64,000 nt of DNA, taken from Burkholderiaceae bacterium DAT-1 (GTDB taxonomy: Bacteria; Pseudomonadota; Gammaproteobacteria; Burkholderiales; Chitinimonadaceae). Each line of letters opens with the position of its first letter. Position 1 is the stretch's first letter. Below are positions 38,873 to 56,006 of the stretch, one piece after another. Made by a program: the position numbers and the translations under genes. The notes below the pieces were generated by a model that saw only the letters and a list, made by a program, of their open reading frames with translations, ran no database searches and had not been told where the DNA came from. Where the stretch lies: positions 520,663 through 584,662 of the forward strand of contig JAHRBI010000001.1 of NCBI GenBank assembly GCA_019084025.1. The letters run 5' to 3'.

Positions 38873-38936
38873 CGGCGACAGTAAGTCACCGCCCGACGAA
38901 CCTTATTACCTGTCGTCAATAATCCACCAAAGCCCC

Positions 38937-40760
38937 TTATTCCACGGTCACCGACTTGGCCAAGTTACGTGGTTTATCGACATCCGTCCCACGTGCCAGC
39001 GCCGTGTGATAGGCCAGCAACTGCACCGGAATCGAGTGCACAACCGGCGACAGCGCGCCCACATGCCGTGGCGCGCGAATCACGTGCACGCCATCGCTTT
39101 CGCCAAAGTGGCTGTCCAGATCGGCGAACACAAACAGTTCGCCTCCACGCGCGCGGACTTCCTGCATATTGGACTTCACTTTTTCCAGCAGGGTGTCGTT
39201 TGGCGCAATCACCACCACCGGCATATCAGTATCCACCAGCGCCAGCGGGCCATGCTTCAGCTCGCCGGCCGCATAGGCTTCGGCGTGGATATAGGTGATT
39301 TCCTTCAGCTTCAGCGCGCCTTCCAGTGCGATTGGATAATGCTCGCCACGTCCCAGGAACAGGGCATGGTGTTTCTTGGCAAATTGAACCGCCCAGCTTG
39401 CCACTTGCGGCTCCAGATTCAGGGCGTGCTGCACGCTGCCCGGCAACTGACGCAGATCGTCCAGATAAGCAGCTTCGTCAGCTGCATTCACCTTGCCGCG
39501 CTGCTTGCCCAGCGTCACCGCCAGTGCAAACAGAGCAACCAGCTGGGTGGTAAACGCCTTGGTTGATGCAACGCCAATTTCCGCACCGGCACGGGTATAG
39601 AACACCATCTTGCTGGCACGCGGAATCGCCGATTCGCGCACATTGCAGATCGACAAGGTGATGTTGTGGCCGAGTGATTGCGCGTATTTCAGCGCTTCCA
39701 TGGTATCCAGCGTCTCGCCGGATTGCGAAATGGTCACCAGCAGGTGCTTCGGGTTCGCCACCACATCGCGATAGCGGTATTCGCTGGCGATCTCGACCTG
39801 ACACGGAATACGGGCAATACGCTCGATCCAGTAGCGCGCCACCGATGCGGCATAGTAGCTGGTGCCGCAGGCCAGAATCTGCACACCTTCCACTTGTGAG
39901 AGCAAGCCGCCTTCCACATCGCCAAACAGCGAGGGCACAAACCCATCATCGAGAATCTGCTCGATGGTATCGGCCAGCGCCTTCGGCTGTTCGTGGATTT
40001 CCTTCTGCATGAAATGGCTGTACGGGCCCAGCTCCAGCGATGCCAGCGAGACATCGGACACATGCACCGCACGCTCGGCTGCCTGACCCGATTTGTCCAG
40101 CAGTGTCATGCTGTCGGCGGTCAGTCGCGCGACATCGCCCTCCTCCATGAAAATCACGCGGCGGGTAGCGGCAATGACAGCAGAGACATCGGATGCAATG
40201 AAATGCTCGCCCTCGCCAATGCCAATCAGCAATGGGCAGCCCATGCGTGCGCACACCAGTACGCCAGGTTCATTCTCGCTCATCACGCCAATGGCGTAGG
40301 CACCGTGCAATTCCTGCACTGCCTTTTGTACGGCGGTGAACAGGTCGGGGCTATCCTTCAGGCAGTGATTCACCAGATGGGCAATCACTTCGGTATCGGT
40401 TTGCGAGGTAAATTCGTAACCCAGCCCCTTGAGACGCTGGCGTTGCTCGTCATGGTTTTCGATGATGCCGTTATGCACCACCGCCACGCCTTGCGAAATA
40501 TGCGGATGCGCGTTCGGCTCGGTCACGCCACCATGCGTCGCCCAACGGGTATGGCCAATCCCTTGCAGACCTTGAATATGCTCGGACTGTGCAGCAGCTT
40601 CCATCTCGGCCACTCGACCCACGCGGCGTACACGCTGAATGCCATCATTGAGCACCGCAATCCCCGAAGAGTCATAACCACGATATTCCAGTCGTTTCAG
40701 CCCATCGATCAGATGAGCCACGACATCGCGCTTGGCGACCGCACCGACAATTCCGCACAT
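38937..40760 (-). CDS. glmS: glutamine--fructose-6-phosphate aminotransferase
   Basis: 607 aa. The N-terminal MCGIVGAV (Cys nucleophile) and the C-terminal ...SVTVE are the GlmS signatures. Confidence 0.95.
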   Translation of the reverse strand: MCGIVGAVAKRDVVAHLIDGLKRLEYRGYDSSGIAVLNDGIQRVRRVGRVAEMEAAAQSEHIQGLQGIGHTRWATHGGVTEPNAHPHISQGVAVVHNGIIENHDEQRQRLKGLGYEFTSQTDTEVIAHLVNHCLKDSPDLFTAVQKAVQELHGAYAIGVMSENEPGVLVCARMGCPLLIGIGEGEHFIASDVSAVIAATRRVIFMEEGDVARLTADSMTLLDKSGQAAERAVHVSDVSLASLELGPYSHFMQKEIHEQPKALADTIEQILDDGFVPSLFGDVEGGLLSQVEGVQILACGTSYYAASVARYWIERIARIPCQVEIASEYRYRDVVANPKHLLVTISQSGETLDTMEALKYAQSLGHNITLSICNVRESAIPRASKMVFYTRAGAEIGVASTKAFTTQLVALFALAVTLGKQRGKVNAADEAAYLDDLRQLPGSVQHALNLEPQVASWAVQFAKKHHALFLGRGEHYPIALEGALKLKEITYIHAEAYAAGELKHGPLALVDTDMPVVVIAPNDTLLEKVKSNMQEVRARGGELFVFADLDSHFGESDGVHVIRAPRHVGALSPVVHSIPVQLLAYHTALARGTDVDKPRNLAKSVTVE

Positions 40761-40888
40761 ATTTATTCCATTCGCATATCAAGTTCTGACAATTAAAAGT
40801 GTACGTCATATTTTGTATGAAGTGACCATATTTTCAGCCCATATTGAACACCTACAAAATATGCATTTGTCATTTACATCTCAATGAA

Positions 40889-40914
40889 AAAAGCCCTGCT
40901 TCATGCAGGGCTTT
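40889..40914 (-). terminator. rho-independent terminator after chpA
   Basis: Minus-strand hairpin AAAGCCCTGC-ATGAA-GCAGGGCTTT followed by TTTTC. Confidence 0.6.
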
Positions 40915-40932
40915 CAGTGTGGCAGGCCTTGT

Positions 40933-47019
<6,087 letters not shown>

Positions 47020-47159
47020 TCAATCTCTCGCTGGACTAATCCATCGGATGAAGGCTGCGCCCATCTCCCTGCCTCTCAACTCTTTAACAGAATCAATAGA
47101 CAACAGACACAGGCGCTCGCCCATCCTTTTTTACGGCAACGCCGTACTGCAGATCTCAA

Positions 47160-49394
47160 TTACAGTTTGAAACCTGCAACCGATCCCTTGAGTTCGGCAG
47201 CGAGGCCGGTCAACTGACCAATCTGCACCGCGGTCTGGCGCGTACCAGCCGTGGTCTGCTCGGTAATGCGCAGGATGTCCTCCATTGAACCGGACACCTT
47301 TTCAGCCAGCGTACGCTGAGACTGAGTGGCACGTTCAATAGTATCAATCAGATTCGCCAGCTCGTTCGACACCTGTCCGATTTCGTTCAGGGCCTGACCA
47401 GCAGCGTCAGACAGCTTGGCTCCTTCCACCACACCCTGGGTGGAAATTTCCATGGCGGCCACGGCATCATGCGTATCGGCCTGAATCGTCTTCACAATCG
47501 CGCCGATCTGCTTGGTCGCTTCACCGGAACGCTCAGCCAGTCGCTGCACTTCTTCCGCAACCACCGTAAAGCCGCGACCCGCTTCACCCGCAGACGCCGC
47601 CTGAATCGCCGCATTCAGCGCCAGCACGTTAGTCTGCTCGGTAATGTCGGAAATCAGTTCCACGATTTCACCAATTTCCTGCGAGCTTTCACCCAGACGC
47701 TTAATCCGCTTCGCAGTTTCCTGAATCTGTTCACGAATTTCATTCATGCCCTTGATGGAATCCTGCACCGCGTTTGTACCCTTCTGCGCCACATCCAGAG
47801 ACTGGCGGGCCACTCGGGACGACTCGGTTGCACTTGCAGAGACATCGTTAATCGACTGGGCAATTTCCTGAACCACATTATTGGTGGTCTGAATTTCCTG
47901 CGACTGACGCTGCGCGGCATCCAGCAGTTCGCTGGAAATGTTCTGCGCTTGCTGGGATGCCGACGTCACCTGCTCGGTGGCGCGGTTAATACCGATAATC
48001 AGCGTACGCAACTCGTCGATCGTATAGTTCATCGAGTCAGCAATCGCACCGGTCAAGTCTTCGGTCACCGATGCACGCACCGTCAAGTCACCGTCAGCAA
48101 GATCCGACATTTCGTTCAGCAGACGCAAAATCGCTTCCTGATTTCGCTTGTTTTCCGCTTCGATTTCCACCCGGCGAGCCATGGTTTCCGCGTTGTACAC
48201 ACGGATCAGACCATACAGACAGACCAGCGCCAGCGCTGCAAACAAGACTTCCGCGCCCACGCCAACGACACCGCCTTCGCTCGACTCGTACACCTGTGTC
48301 AGGTGTTGCGCCTCTTTCAGCAGTGTTTCGCTTTCGCGGTAGATGGCCTGATTGGCATAACGCGTATTAGTCAGATTCTGCAGATTACGTGACAGCGTCA
48401 GCACCACACCTTCGAAATCCTTGAACAACTCGCGGATTTCTTTCAGCTTTTCGCGCACTTCCGGATTCTTGGCAGGCGACAGGCGCAGCTCCTCGCTGCC
48501 ATCAATCATCCCGTTCAGGGTATCGCGGAAAGTATTCACGTCCTTGCTCAGCAAGAACACGGTACCCGGGTTAATCAATTCACCGGCCAGCGTCACGTTG
48601 GCGTTTTTCGCCATCCGCTGCGACAGCATCACCTGCTGGTTAGCCAGTTCCATCACGTGCTCGGACGCTTTGGAATCCTGCAGCAGTGACACCAGTTGCA
48701 TGGTCATTTCCAGCAACTTGGTATCGTTACTGTTAATCGCGTTCACGCTCTTGGAGACGTTTTCCAGCGTTTCCTGCTGCTTCAGAATGGTCGCAACGGT
48801 TTGCTGGTTGTTCTTGCTGGGCTTGAATTTCTTTTCCCATACGTCCTTGATCCGCTTCAGCACGTCCTGCGCATCAGAGGAGGAAGGCGGCAAGCCTTCG
48901 CCACCATTCATCAGCAAGGAAAGGTCGCGGTCAAATGCCGTATACGCTTCCTGCAGGTACTTAAACGCCTGGGTATTACCCTGAATCGCCTGCGATGACG
49001 CACGGGCAAGACGCTGCGACAGCATCTGCATTTCCGTAGAGGTCGAACGATACACAGCAGCATGATTTGAATCACGCACGGACAAGGCCATTGTTACCGC
49101 AAACGCGACAACCGAAATCGCCATCCCCCAGCCAAATACCGTGATCTGCTGGCGCACAGGTAGATTGCTGATGATCGGAATACCGCGAGTCGCATTCCCC
49201 TCCTCATCCGGAGAGCGCATGCGTTCGATGATCCCCACCGTACGTAAAGGATCGAAGTTCTTGCCTTCGTCCTTGCCCGATTCACCCTTAGCGCGCTTTA
49301 TGCCACGCACCTTGCTCAGAAAGCCGGTCTTAGGGCCCATTTCCTTATCAGCCTGCTTTGCGCTGTCTTTGCGAGAAAACGCCATACTCACCAT
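47160..49394 (-). CDS. pilJ: methyl-accepting chemotaxis protein PilJ
   Basis: 744 aa. The C-terminal MCP signalling domain is nearly identical in motif to P. aeruginosa PilJ ([25 protein letters not shown]). Confidence 0.85.
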   Translation of the reverse strand: MVSMAFSRKDSAKQADKEMGPKTGFLSKVRGIKRAKGESGKDEGKNFDPLRTVGIIERMRSPDEEGNATRGIPIISNLPVRQQITVFGWGMAISVVAFAVTMALSVRDSNHAAVYRSTSTEMQMLSQRLARASSQAIQGNTQAFKYLQEAYTAFDRDLSLLMNGGEGLPPSSSDAQDVLKRIKDVWEKKFKPSKNNQQTVATILKQQETLENVSKSVNAINSNDTKLLEMTMQLVSLLQDSKASEHVMELANQQVMLSQRMAKNANVTLAGELINPGTVFLLSKDVNTFRDTLNGMIDGSEELRLSPAKNPEVREKLKEIRELFKDFEGVVLTLSRNLQNLTNTRYANQAIYRESETLLKEAQHLTQVYESSEGGVVGVGAEVLFAALALVCLYGLIRVYNAETMARRVEIEAENKRNQEAILRLLNEMSDLADGDLTVRASVTEDLTGAIADSMNYTIDELRTLIIGINRATEQVTSASQQAQNISSELLDAAQRQSQEIQTTNNVVQEIAQSINDVSASATESSRVARQSLDVAQKGTNAVQDSIKGMNEIREQIQETAKRIKRLGESSQEIGEIVELISDITEQTNVLALNAAIQAASAGEAGRGFTVVAEEVQRLAERSGEATKQIGAIVKTIQADTHDAVAAMEISTQGVVEGAKLSDAAGQALNEIGQVSNELANLIDTIERATQSQRTLAEKVSGSMEDILRITEQTTAGTRQTAVQIGQLTGLAAELKGSVAGFKL

Positions 49395-49511
49395 CTCCCC
49401 ACCGCGTGCGCGGCTTGTTGAAGCTTGTCTAATCTATTTGACGACTTCGGCATGCAAAATTGCTGAACCATCACACCAACCCGCTCCCCAACCTGAACGG
49501 ATACACACCAC

Positions 49512-50027
49512 TTAAACCAATCCAACCTGCAAGAACACCGGTTGAGTTACCAGCTCGGACAGATGCAGCTCGCGCCAGATTTCGCCCTGCGCATCACGCC
49601 AGGTGGCGCCCGCCCAGGGCAGTTCGCCATCAGCATCACCAGCGTGTTCCAGATTCTCCAGGTTGCGCAAGCCCACCATGCGATTCACGAGTAAAGCTGC
49701 GTTGGTAATGTGGCGTGTATGCACCAGCAGCAGACGGCTATTGCTGGCCGGAGTGGATTGTTCCCCCCCTAAAAATGCCGGCAAATCAACCACGCTGAAC
49801 AAATTGCCGCGCACATTGGCCACACCTTTGAACCAGCGATGGGTAAGCGGCACGCTCACCATCGTCGGCACCGGAATCACCTCACTGACATCTGTCAGAT
49901 CAACAAGCCAGCGATCCTGACCAATCATCACGCCCAATCGGGACGTCGCCGAGTGAGTAGAGGCCATCTCTTTGAGACGAGCCACCACACTTTCCTGAAA
50001 CTCCCTCAGACTGATACGTTTGGCCAT
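49512..50027 (-). CDS. pilI: CheW-like coupling protein PilI
   Basis: 171-aa CheW-domain protein between pilH and pilJ. Confidence 0.75.
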   Translation of the reverse strand: MAKRISLREFQESVVARLKEMASTHSATSRLGVMIGQDRWLVDLTDVSEVIPVPTMVSVPLTHRWFKGVANVRGNLFSVVDLPAFLGGEQSTPASNSRLLLVHTRHITNAALLVNRMVGLRNLENLEHAGDADGELPWAGATWRDAQGEIWRELHLSELVTQPVFLQVGLV

Positions 50028-50035
50028 GAGTCAAC

Positions 50036-50428
50036 TCAACCTGCAGAACTTGCACTGTCTTCGGCTGCAATCGCCTGAATCTGACCCAGCAACTCTGCTG
50101 GATCCACCGGCTTCACCACATAGCCTCTGGCTCCCTGGCGCTTGCCCCACACCACATCTGTTTCCTGCCCTTTGGAGGTACACATGATGATCGGGATATG
50201 CTTGGTCGCCGCCTCACGGCTCAGCGTACGGGTTGCCTGAAACCCATTCAGCCCCGGCATGACCACATCCATGAGAATCAAATCCGGCATGATTTCGCTT
50301 GTTCTGGCAACGGCTTCTTCTCCGCTTTCCAGCATGACGACCTGATAACCGCTCTTGGTCAGCAGCTCACCGAGAAAATGCCGCTCTGTCGGCGAATCAT
50401 CCACAATCAGGATTTTCTTCAGATTCAT
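50036..50428 (-). CDS. pilH: single-domain response regulator PilH
   Basis: 130-aa CheY-like REC (ILIVDDSPTER...DVVMPGLNGF). Confidence 0.8.
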   Translation of the reverse strand: MNLKKILIVDDSPTERHFLGELLTKSGYQVVMLESGEEAVARTSEIMPDLILMDVVMPGLNGFQATRTLSREAATKHIPIIMCTSKGQETDVVWGKRQGARGYVVKPVDPAELLGQIQAIAAEDSASSAG

Positions 50429-50519
50429 GACCCTTCCCTTGTGCGCTCTTGGCGCAACACCTTTATCTGCCCGAAAGCAGCTTTGACTCTGATCTCAAGT
50501 ACGAAACCGGCCCGAAGTT

Positions 50520-50903
50520 TTAAGCATTACACGCATGCTGGCCAACCACCTCAAGGAGACTATCCTTGGTGAATGGCTTGGTCAGATACTCATCTGATCC
50601 GACCATTTTGCCCCGCGCACGATCAAACAAGCCATCCTTGCTTGACAGCATGACAACAGGCGTATTTTTAAAACGCGGATTTTTCTTGATTAACGCGCAT
50701 GTCTGATAGCCATCGAGACGAGGCATCATCACATCCACGAAAATAATATCCGGATGATGGTCACTGATTTTTGACAGCGCATCGAATCCATCTTCAGCGA
50801 GAATGACCTGACAGCCAGCCTGCCCGAGAAAGATTTCCGCGCTGCGACGGATCGTATTGCTGTCGTCGATGACCATGACTTTTATATCTGTCAGATTTGC
50901 CAT
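50520..50903 (-). CDS. pilG: single-domain response regulator PilG
   Basis: CheY-like REC. The start is set at MANLTDIKVMVIDDSNTIRR; the ORF listed to 50948 over-extends. Confidence 0.8.
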   Translation of the reverse strand: MANLTDIKVMVIDDSNTIRRSAEIFLGQAGCQVILAEDGFDALSKISDHHPDIIFVDVMMPRLDGYQTCALIKKNPRFKNTPVVMLSSKDGLFDRARGKMVGSDEYLTKPFTKDSLLEVVGQHACNA

Positions 50904-51079
50904 CCAACTACTCCACAAGTCTGGTCTACGGGATCGATAGATACACATCGCCCCACTACGCGCTAACTTATCACAAGCGAGTAGCGAGAACTATGACAAA
51001 CGACTGCAAAACGTCATTTTTGAACAAAATGGAAACAGTCGCGTCATGTTCTTTGACCCAAAACAAACAGTTTTGATGC

Positions 51080-51688
51080 TTATTCGTCGCCATTTTGCAT
51101 CGCATCGTCAAACCAGCCGCCGATAATGGTCTCGGCTTCAGGTGCGCCCAGCTTTTTGAGACTCGAGAAAAGCTGCACTGTTGTATTTGGCCACTTTGAC
51201 AATGCTTCCTGAACCGTGCGCAGGGTTTTGGTCTGCTCTTGCTTGGTGAGCTTGTCAGACTTGGTCAGCAACACATGAACCGGTAATCCACGTGGCAAGA
51301 ACCAGTCCAGCATGCGACAATCCAGTGGCTTGAGAGGATGGCGCGAATCCATGATCTGCACCAAGCCGATCAGATTTTCCCGTGTTGCCAGATAATTGCC
51401 GAGCAAACCTTCCCAGTGCAGCCGCACTGCCTCGGGCACTTCGGCATACCCGTAACCGGGCAAATCGACGAGGTAGCGCTCGTCACCGAAGGTAAAATAA
51501 TTGATATGCTGGGTACGACCAGGCGTTTTCGACACATAGGCCAGTCGAGTGTGATTGGCCAAAGTATTGATTGCACTGGACTTTCCGGCATTGGAACGCC
51601 CGACAAACGCCACCTCCAGGCCATTGAATGGCAGCATGCGGAGGTCGTTGACAGTGGTATGAAATGCGAGTTGAGTGAACAGCGACAT
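51080..51688 (-). CDS. engB: ribosome biogenesis GTP-binding protein YihA/EngB
   Basis: G1 [10 protein letters not shown]3 DLPGYG and G4 TKSDK motifs. Confidence 0.9.
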   Translation of the reverse strand: MSLFTQLAFHTTVNDLRMLPFNGLEVAFVGRSNAGKSSAINTLANHTRLAYVSKTPGRTQHINYFTFGDERYLVDLPGYGYAEVPEAVRLHWEGLLGNYLATRENLIGLVQIMDSRHPLKPLDCRMLDWFLPRGLPVHVLLTKSDKLTKQEQTKTLRTVQEALSKWPNTTVQLFSSLKKLGAPEAETIIGGWFDDAMQNGDE

Positions 51689-51859
51689 ATGCTTAGCGCT
51701 TTCGCGGCAAAATTGACTTGCGATAGAATAACAGGTTTAAACGATCAACCCTTGGTTGCACGCTTGGACTTTAGCATCCATGCTTATACGTACAACCAGC
51801 GAAACCGGCTCTATGCCGTCGGCCGGCAAACGACCATTGTCTTGAAGGAGTGTTTCCAC

Positions 51860-52498
51860 ATGAAACGTAGCGCGCTGATGCTTTTGCTCGGTTTCGCCAC
51901 CACCGCTGCCTTTGCAGCCAACGCCCCCAAGGCTGACGCAGTTGCAGGCAAGGCCATTGTCGACAAGATCTGTGCAGCCTGTCACGGCGCGGATGGCAAT
52001 AGCGCCGCGTCGGCCAATCCGAGTCTGGCCGGCCAGCATGCAGAATACTTGGTTGCCCAGCTGAACGCCTTCAAAAAGGGTGAACGCAAGTCATTCGATG
52101 CGGCCACCGGTAAAGTTGGCCCGTCCATCATGAGCGGTCAGGCTGCCATGCTGAGCGATGACGACATCCGCAATGTCGCCGCCTACTTCAGCCAGCAAAA
52201 GCCGAAGGATCGCGCAGCCACCAACAAGGAGCTGCAAGCACAGGGCAAGAAGATTTACACCGGCGGTATCGCAGCCACCGGCGTACCTGCCTGTATGGCC
52301 TGTCACGGTCCCAACGGTGCCGGTATTCCGGTACAATACCCGCGCGTCGGTAGCCAGCATGGCGCCTACATTGCGGCGCAGATTGCCAATTTCCGCAATG
52401 GCGAAGCCCGCAAGAATGCACCGATGCACGACATCGCCCTGAAGCTGTCGGAGCAAGACACCAAGGCTGTAGCAGAATACATCCAGGGTCTGCGCTGA
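51860..52498 (+). CDS. dihaem cytochrome c4
   Basis: Signal peptide plus two CxxCH motifs (CAACHG, CMACHG). The ribosome binding site AAGGAG lies 9 nt upstream. Divergent from engB, as in many proteobacteria. Confidence 0.85.
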   Translation: MKRSALMLLLGFATTAAFAANAPKADAVAGKAIVDKICAACHGADGNSAASANPSLAGQHAEYLVAQLNAFKKGERKSFDAATGKVGPSIMSGQAAMLSDDDIRNVAAYFSQQKPKDRAATNKELQAQGKKIYTGGIAATGVPACMACHGPNGAGIPVQYPRVGSQHGAYIAAQIANFRNGEARKNAPMHDIALKLSEQDTKAVAEYIQGLR

Positions 52499-52542
52499 TC
52501 GCTGACTTGCCAGTTCAGTAAGCACTGGCAGACAATCCATGA

Positions 52543-52572
52543 AAGGGGTGGCAGTGCCACCCTTTCATTTTG
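52543..52572 (+). terminator. terminator after the cytochrome c4 gene
   Basis: 10-bp stem AAGGGGTGGC-AGT-GCCACCCTTT followed by CATTTTG. Confidence 0.55.
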
Positions 52573-52590
52573 AGTGAAAGAACCTTCGCC

Positions 52591-54612
52591 GTGCGTCGTA
52601 GTTCATTCCGCGCAGCCTTGTTCGAGCTATTCAGCTCGATGCGCTTTGCTATCAGCCTACTGGTCATCATTGCGATTGCCAGCGTCATCGGTACCGTTCT
52701 CAAGCAGAACGAGGCATCCAACAACTACGTGATCGAATTTGGCGCCTTCTGGGCCAATATCTTTGACACCATCGGCCTGTTCGATGTGTATCACGCAGGC
52801 TGGTTTCTCGGCATTCTCGGTTTTCTGATTCTCTCTACTTCACTGTGCATCTGGCGCCAGTGGCCCAGCATGCTGCGTGATATCCGCCAGTATCGCGAAC
52901 ACGCCAAAGATAATTCGCTGCGCGCCATGGCGCATCATGCCGAGTTTGCGCATAGCAGCACGCCGGATTCGCTCGCGGAAAAGGTACAAAACTGGTGGCA
53001 ATCACAGGGCTATCGCATCAAACAGGTGAACCGTGAAGATGGCCTGATGCTGGCAGCAAAAAAGGGAAGCCTGCAACGACTGGGTTATCTGTTTGCGCAC
53101 GTCGCCATTGTGGTGATCTGTATTGGCGGTCTGCTTGATGGCAACGTCGTGCTGCAGGCACAACGCTGGTTAGGACTGAAAACCCTGCAAGTCTCGGCCA
53201 GCAGCCTCTCCGAGATTCCTGCCTCTGCCAGACTCGGCACCGGCAACTTTTCATTCCGCGCCGACATGAATCGGGTAGCCGAAGGCAGCAGCCGCGACTA
53301 CGCCATTCAGAACGAAGGCAAGGGATTCATGATTCAGGAGCTGCCTTTCACAATCAAGCTGAAGCAGTTCCATGTCGAGCACTACAGTACCGGTCAACCC
53401 AAGCTGTTTGCCAGTGATATCGAAGTCACGGAAAAGGCCACCGGCAAGGTCACCACCGGCACAGTCAAGGTGAACCATCCGCTGATCGTCGACGGCATTG
53501 CCATTTATCAGGCGACCTTCGGGGATGGCGGCTCACCGCTCGAATTCAAGGTCTGGCCTTTGCTTGGCGGCCAGCCGAGTGCAATCAAAGGACAGTCGCT
53601 ATCCACTGTACCCGTAAGCTTTGGTCCCCAAGCCTACTCGCTCGAATTTGATGATCTGCGCGTATTCAACATCGAAAACCTGGGTGATGCCACTGCAGGC
53701 AATCGCGATCTGGACAAGGTCTTTCAGGATGCCCGCGCGGTTCGTACCGAGAAGAAGCTGAAAAATGTCGGCCCGTCGATTACCTTCAAGCTGCGTGATG
53801 CACAGGGTCAGGCGCATGAATATCGCAACTATATGCAGCCGTTCGAAGAAGAGGGTCGCTATTATTTGCTGAGCGGTGTGCGCGCCGCCGTAGCCGATCC
53901 ATTTGCTTTTGTCCGTTTCCCGCTGGATAAGGACTTCAAGCTCGACACCTATATGCGGCTCAAGGATGTCATGCTGGATCCGGCGTTTCGCGACGAAATC
54001 GTCAGCCAGACTTCCGCACAACTCGCTCAATCGGGGAATAGTCCGCAATTCAAGCAGCAGTTCGAACAGGGCCTGCGCTTTGTCCTGAGCCAGTTTGCAT
54101 CGGGTGGATTTCAGGCGCTGGAGCGCTTCCTGAAGGAGCGCGTCCCCGCCGACAAACGTGAAGCCGTGGCACAGCCGTTGCTCAAGTCGCTGCAAGGCGC
54201 TGCCTTTGTTGCCATGGACATTGCCCAGAAACATGCAGGCCAATCTCCCATTGAAGTGGATGCCGACGGCAAGCAGTATCGCTTCCTGATGGATAGCCTC
54301 ACCGCCATGTCCGCAGGCTTCGAATATGGCAGCCCGGTCTATTTGCAGATGGTCGACTTCAAGGAAGTAAAATCCAGTGGCTTCCAGCTCACTCGCAGCC
54401 CAGGCAAGAATCTGGTCTACCTCGGCAGCCTGTTGCTGGTGCTGGGTATCATCTGTATGTTCTACGTGCGCGAAAACCGCATGTGGCTCCGCATCAACGA
54501 TCGTGACGCCCTGTTTGCATTTAGCAGCAATCGCCGCGACGCGTTGACCGACGCCGCCTTCAAGCAACAACTCGACTCGCTTTCAGCACTTATTGGCAAG
54601 GAACCATCATGA
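52591..54612 (+). CDS. resB: cytochrome c biogenesis protein ResB/Ccs1 (system II)
   Basis: The N-terminus ...ALFELFSSMRFAISLLVIIAIASVIGTVLKQNE is the ResB signature. A GTG at 52591 was chosen because the TTG at 52570 lies inside the terminator tail. An ATG at 52639 is also possible. Confidence 0.8.
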   Translation: MRRSSFRAALFELFSSMRFAISLLVIIAIASVIGTVLKQNEASNNYVIEFGAFWANIFDTIGLFDVYHAGWFLGILGFLILSTSLCIWRQWPSMLRDIRQYREHAKDNSLRAMAHHAEFAHSSTPDSLAEKVQNWWQSQGYRIKQVNREDGLMLAAKKGSLQRLGYLFAHVAIVVICIGGLLDGNVVLQAQRWLGLKTLQVSASSLSEIPASARLGTGNFSFRADMNRVAEGSSRDYAIQNEGKGFMIQELPFTIKLKQFHVEHYSTGQPKLFASDIEVTEKATGKVTTGTVKVNHPLIVDGIAIYQATFGDGGSPLEFKVWPLLGGQPSAIKGQSLSTVPVSFGPQAYSLEFDDLRVFNIENLGDATAGNRDLDKVFQDARAVRTEKKLKNVGPSITFKLRDAQGQAHEYRNYMQPFEEEGRYYLLSGVRAAVADPFAFVRFPLDKDFKLDTYMRLKDVMLDPAFRDEIVSQTSAQLAQSGNSPQFKQQFEQGLRFVLSQFASGGFQALERFLKERVPADKREAVAQPLLKSLQGAAFVAMDIAQKHAGQSPIEVDADGKQYRFLMDSLTAMSAGFEYGSPVYLQMVDFKEVKSSGFQLTRSPGKNLVYLGSLLLVLGIICMFYVRENRMWLRINDRDALFAFSSNRRDALTDAAFKQQLDSLSALIGKEPS

Positions 54613-55937
54613 GCCAGCAGGAACTGACCCTTACGCCCCCCCGCGCATTCTGGAAAACCAGCAACATCGGCGACTGGCTGTTCGCGGTGATCATTGCATT
54701 CGCGTCTGTCTATGCACTCAATCGCTTCTCCGGCTTTATGGATGTGTACGAACAGGTCATCCTGATCGGCAGCGCCGCCGGTTTGGTGGCACTCGGCTGG
54801 TTCTGGAAGCCGATGCGTGTTTTCCTGCCGCTGTGCGCGCTGTTCGCGCTGGCCGGTGCGGCGAGCTATCACGGTGACCTGTCACGCGGCCAAACCGCCT
54901 TCTGGCTCAAGTATCTGCTGGCCAGCCAGTCCGCCGTGATGTGGATGTGTGTGCTGTTCGTACTGGCAACAAGCTGCTACTGGTTCGCCCTGCTGCGCCG
55001 CAGTCAGACTGTCGAGCAGATTGCCTCCTCGCTGACCTGGGGCGCATCCGCCGCAGCACTGATTGCTTTGCTGGTTCGCTGGTACGAGAGCTATCTCGTC
55101 GGCACCGATGTCGGCCACATTCCGGTATCCAACCTGTACGAAGTATTCATTCTCTTCTGCCTGTTTACGGCGCTGATGTATCTGTACCTCGAAGCTCGCT
55201 TTGCGACCCGCAAAGTGGGCGCATTTGTCCTGCTGATCATCACTGCATCGGTCGGCTTTATCCTGTGGTACAGCTTCGATCGCCGGGCGCATGAAATCCA
55301 GCCCTTGATTCCGGCATTGCAATCGTGGTGGATGAAGATTCACGTACCAGCAAACTTTGTCGGCTATGGCGCATTTGCCCTTTCGGCGATGCTGGGCGTG
55401 GCCTGGCTGCTGGCCGAGCCTCGCGAGGTGAGCTCCGCTTCCCGTCTGCGCTTTATCGGCGCAGGGATTGCTCTGGCCGTCGCTGGCAGCATCTTCCAGC
55501 TGAAAGCAGGTATCTGGTTCCCAGATCTGGGTGCTGGGATTGGTCTCGTTAGCGGCGGTCTGATTGCCAGTGCGTTCCTGATGCTGGTGGCGGCCTACCG
55601 TGGTCGATTTGCAGCCTTGCTGCCTGCCCCCGCCTTGATCGATGAAATTGCCTATCGCGCCATTGCACTGGGCTTCCTGTTCTTCACCATCGCCACCATT
55701 CTGGGTGCAATGTGGGCTGCAGATGCCTGGGGTGGATACTGGTCGTGGGACCCGAAGGAAACCTGGGCGCTGATCGTCTGGCTGAACTATGCGGCCTGGC
55801 TGCATATCCGTCTGGTGAAGGGCTGGCGCGGCGAAGTGCTGGCCTGGTGGAGCGTGGCAGGCCTGTTCGTCACCACCTTTGCCTTCCTCGGCGTGAATAT
55901 GTTCCTGACGGGGCTGCACTCCTACGGCACGCTTTGA
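54609..55937 (+). CDS. ccsA: cytochrome c-type biogenesis protein CcsA/ResC
   Basis: Polytopic protein with a Trp-rich WGGYWSWDPKETWAL motif (haem handling). 4-nt overlap with resB. Confidence 0.85.
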   Translation: MSQQELTLTPPRAFWKTSNIGDWLFAVIIAFASVYALNRFSGFMDVYEQVILIGSAAGLVALGWFWKPMRVFLPLCALFALAGAASYHGDLSRGQTAFWLKYLLASQSAVMWMCVLFVLATSCYWFALLRRSQTVEQIASSLTWGASAAALIALLVRWYESYLVGTDVGHIPVSNLYEVFILFCLFTALMYLYLEARFATRKVGAFVLLIITASVGFILWYSFDRRAHEIQPLIPALQSWWMKIHVPANFVGYGAFALSAMLGVAWLLAEPREVSSASRLRFIGAGIALAVAGSIFQLKAGIWFPDLGAGIGLVSGGLIASAFLMLVAAYRGRFAALLPAPALIDEIAYRAIALGFLFFTIATILGAMWAADAWGGYWSWDPKETWALIVWLNYAAWLHIRLVKGWRGEVLAWWSVAGLFVTTFAFLGVNMFLTGLHSYGTL

Positions 55938-55962
55938 TCTGCGAGTCAGCTCGATCTCAAGC

Positions 55963-55986
55963 AAAAGGGGCCTGATGGCCCCTTTT
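55963..55986. terminator. bidirectional terminator between ccsA and pyrC
   Basis: AAAAGGGGCC-TGAT-GGCCCCTTTT. Confidence 0.7.
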
Positions 55987-56006
55987 GTTATTGCGTGCGT
56001 ACAGGC

